The notes under the pieces are model-generated. The model saw nothing but the letters and a program-made list of their open reading frames with translations. It made no database searches and was not told the DNA's origin. The position numbers and the translations under genes were made by a program. Of a stretch of 64,000 nt of DNA, positions 61,883 to 64,000 are shown piece by piece (positions within the stretch are counted from its first letter, which is position 1; the number at the start of each line of letters is the position of its first letter). The stretch covers positions 36,379,703 to 36,443,702 of the forward strand of contig CP154954.1 in NCBI GenBank assembly GCA_039621445.1, given 5' to 3'. Source of the stretch: Euglena gracilis (Eukaryota).

Positions 61883-62292
61883 TGTGTGTGGCCCAAAGGA
61901 CCCCAAATGCTCAGTTCAGGGGGGGGGGGGGCAATTAAGGGGGGGTCGAAATTTGGCTTTGATAGAGGACGAAAAAAATTTTCAGCGCCTTTGGCGCCTA
62001 AAAAAAATCTTCCCAGACCCAAATGCTCAATTAATGGGGGGGTCAAAATTGGTATGGGGGTGGTTCGGGACGCGGGGGGGGGACACGGGGGGGGGACACG
62101 GGGGGACGTGGCCCAACCACCCCCACACGTTTTCTTTGGCGTCACCTAAATTTGTGTGTAATTTTCCTTTGGTCAACCAAAAAAACGTGCCCGGCCAAAA
62201 TCCGGGACGCGGGGGGACGCGGGGGGAACACCCCCTACTTGTCTGTTAGTCGATCCACGGCATCAAGTCTGTTAGTCGATTCACACCAATTA

Positions 62293-62572
62293 TGGTTAGG
62301 AAACCGGCTACAGGGCTTGGGGATAGGGTTAGGGATTGGGTTAGGGTTTGGGTTTTGTTTGGGGTTCGGGTTAGGTAAATGGTTAGGGTTAGGTTAGGGA
62401 TAGGGTTTGGGTTTGGGGTGATAGGGTCAGGGATACAGTTAGGGATAGGGTTTTGGATATGGTTAGGGTTAGGGCCAGGATTAAGGATACGGTTAGGAAT
62501 AGGGTTAGGGTTAGGGGTAGGGTTAGGGTTGGGGTTAGGGATTAGGGTTATGGTTAGGGATATGGTTAGGCT
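62293..62572 (+). repeat. Degenerate interstitial telomere-like (TTAGGG)n tract
   Basis: GGGTTA/GGGATA/GGGTTT hexamer variants; the tract resumes at 63060-63112. Confidence 0.75.
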
Positions 62573-62574
62573 TA

Positions 62575-63059
62575 CAGTCCCTAGCCGTAAATTGTCCCCC
62601 CCCCGAAAATTTTCCCCCCCCTGAAATTTGGGAATTTTCCTGGTTTTGCAAAAGGCTCCGAAACGGGCGAAAACTTTCCCCCCCCCTTCAGCCCCAGAGG
62701 AACAGCTAAGGCAGGTGGGTTGGGACTTTTTTTTTGTACATGCAAGGGCAGCACAGCTTCACCACTTGCATGGCCCCTGGGTCAAGGAGTTGGCATCCTT
62801 TGGGTTTTTTTGTCCATTGAACCATCCCCGGCATGTATCTATCAATAAGACCCACCGCCCTGAACAGAGGCGTTCGGGAATATACCATAACAACCCCACA
62901 ACATACGGCAAATGAATTCCGAATCCCGGTCGGCTTCATGGCTTCAAAGAATAGAAGGGACGGGACAAAGTGCCCGAAACGGCCGAAAATTTCCCCCCCC
63001 CCCTGGTCAAGAGCCCAAAAAACCCTCCCTGGGGGGGGGAAATTTACGGCTAGGGACTG
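62575..63059. mobile_element. TA-flanked (Tc1/mariner-type) MITE
   Basis: TA-CAGTCCCTAGCCGTAAATT ... AATTTACGGCTAGGGACTG-TA. Confidence 0.75.
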
Positions 63060-64000
63060 TAGGGACGTGGTTAGGGTTAGGGATAGGGTCAAGAATGGGG
63101 TTAGGGATAGGGCGTTCCGCAACCGCACCTGTGGGTGGCTATGCGTGTGGCTCCACAAACTCTCCAGACCTGTGCCGACACCAGACGTAGCTTCTGATCC
63201 TGTTTTGTGCTTTCCCTGTCCATCAGTGACCCAAAGTAGGCCAAAAATAGGTGTGGATCGACCTGTTTTGCCGTGAATCGACTAACAGACAAATACTGTC
63301 AAATAAGAGGGGGGGGGTAGTAATTTGGAAGGGAAGGACGGGAATGGAATGGAATGGAATGGAAGGCAGCAGGTTGGTGCCGTTTGGTTTTATTTCCATG
63401 TGATTTGGGGTTATTTTGAAGGGATGGGGTTTGGTGAAAATGGCCCTGTCGCACCTTGGCCCCCACAAAGGGTGTTCACACAAACGGGCAGAAAGCCACC
63501 AGCACCTGGGCCCATTTTCCAGGGTTATTTTGAAGGGCCCAAGTGCAAAAAAAGGCAGGAGGACAAAGGGAAAGGAAGATGCCAACTGTAACAGATGAGC
63601 ACCCCCCATTGACCCCCTCCTGCTGAATATTAGGTACTTGTCTGTTATCGTACGACATACCCCCCCCCCTTTTGGTTATGGTACGACGCCCTTTGAACGG
63701 CCAGAATGCTTTCCCTTGGGGTCTGTTTCAGCCCTTTCGGGTGGTTTTTGGGGTTATTTGAAGGGATAGGGTTAGGGTTTCGAATGGCCCTGCCGTACCT
63801 TGGAACACACAAGGAAACCCAAAGGCGGCAGACTGGCAGGGAGAAAGAAAGATAAAGCCCGCCGACCTTCCGGCCCCAAAGGGGATTTGCCATCCTGAAC
63901 AGGCATTTTGCCCAAATTTGGCCGGATTCGAAAAAAGGCTGAAACTTCACCAGGATGGGTCCTTACCCTAACCCCATTCCTCCCAATAACCCTATATAGG

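Noticed and set aside
62293-63112. True telomere
   Set aside because: Degenerate, internal and bounded by TIRs.
63866-63895. Candidate missing first FHA exon ending GGA AG|GT
   Set aside because: The translation (WQIPFGAGR) is not convincingly FHA-like, so the 5' end is left unresolved.

Overview
Repeat-dense eukaryotic nuclear DNA, most likely from a euglenid (inferred from two stem-forming non-GT-AG introns that fit the euglenid nonconventional-intron pattern). Three main components. (1) A minus-strand multi-exon gene of at least 16 exons (55798->20247, about 1.6 kb coding over about 35.5 kb; 5' end not found) that splices into FHA + SHOCT-like + alpha-kinase (eEF2K/MHCK family) + EF-hand pair. 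It has GT-AG introns, one GC-AG intron and two nonconventional introns. (2) A nest of DIRS1-type tyrosine-recombinase retrotransposons (about 6.4-19.7 kb). One copy is near-intact (14185-18753: ITRs, ICR, RT, RNase H, adenine-methyltransferase-like domain, YR) and is inserted into another copy; a CRE-like non-LTR RT relic lies next to the nest. (3) Many nested non-autonomous DNA transposons: CAG...CTG MITEs with 8-bp TSDs, a ~3-kb TIR family with 5-bp TSDs, TA-flanked foldback elements, plus microsatellites and telomere-like tracts. The main observation is that the geometry of the 8-bp-TSD CAG...CTG MITEs matches the geometry of the nonconventional introns (3 nt + stem + 5 nt), and one intron retains a 6/8 direct repeat, which points to a MITE-to-intron route. 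All alignments and splicing were done by eye, with no database searches.
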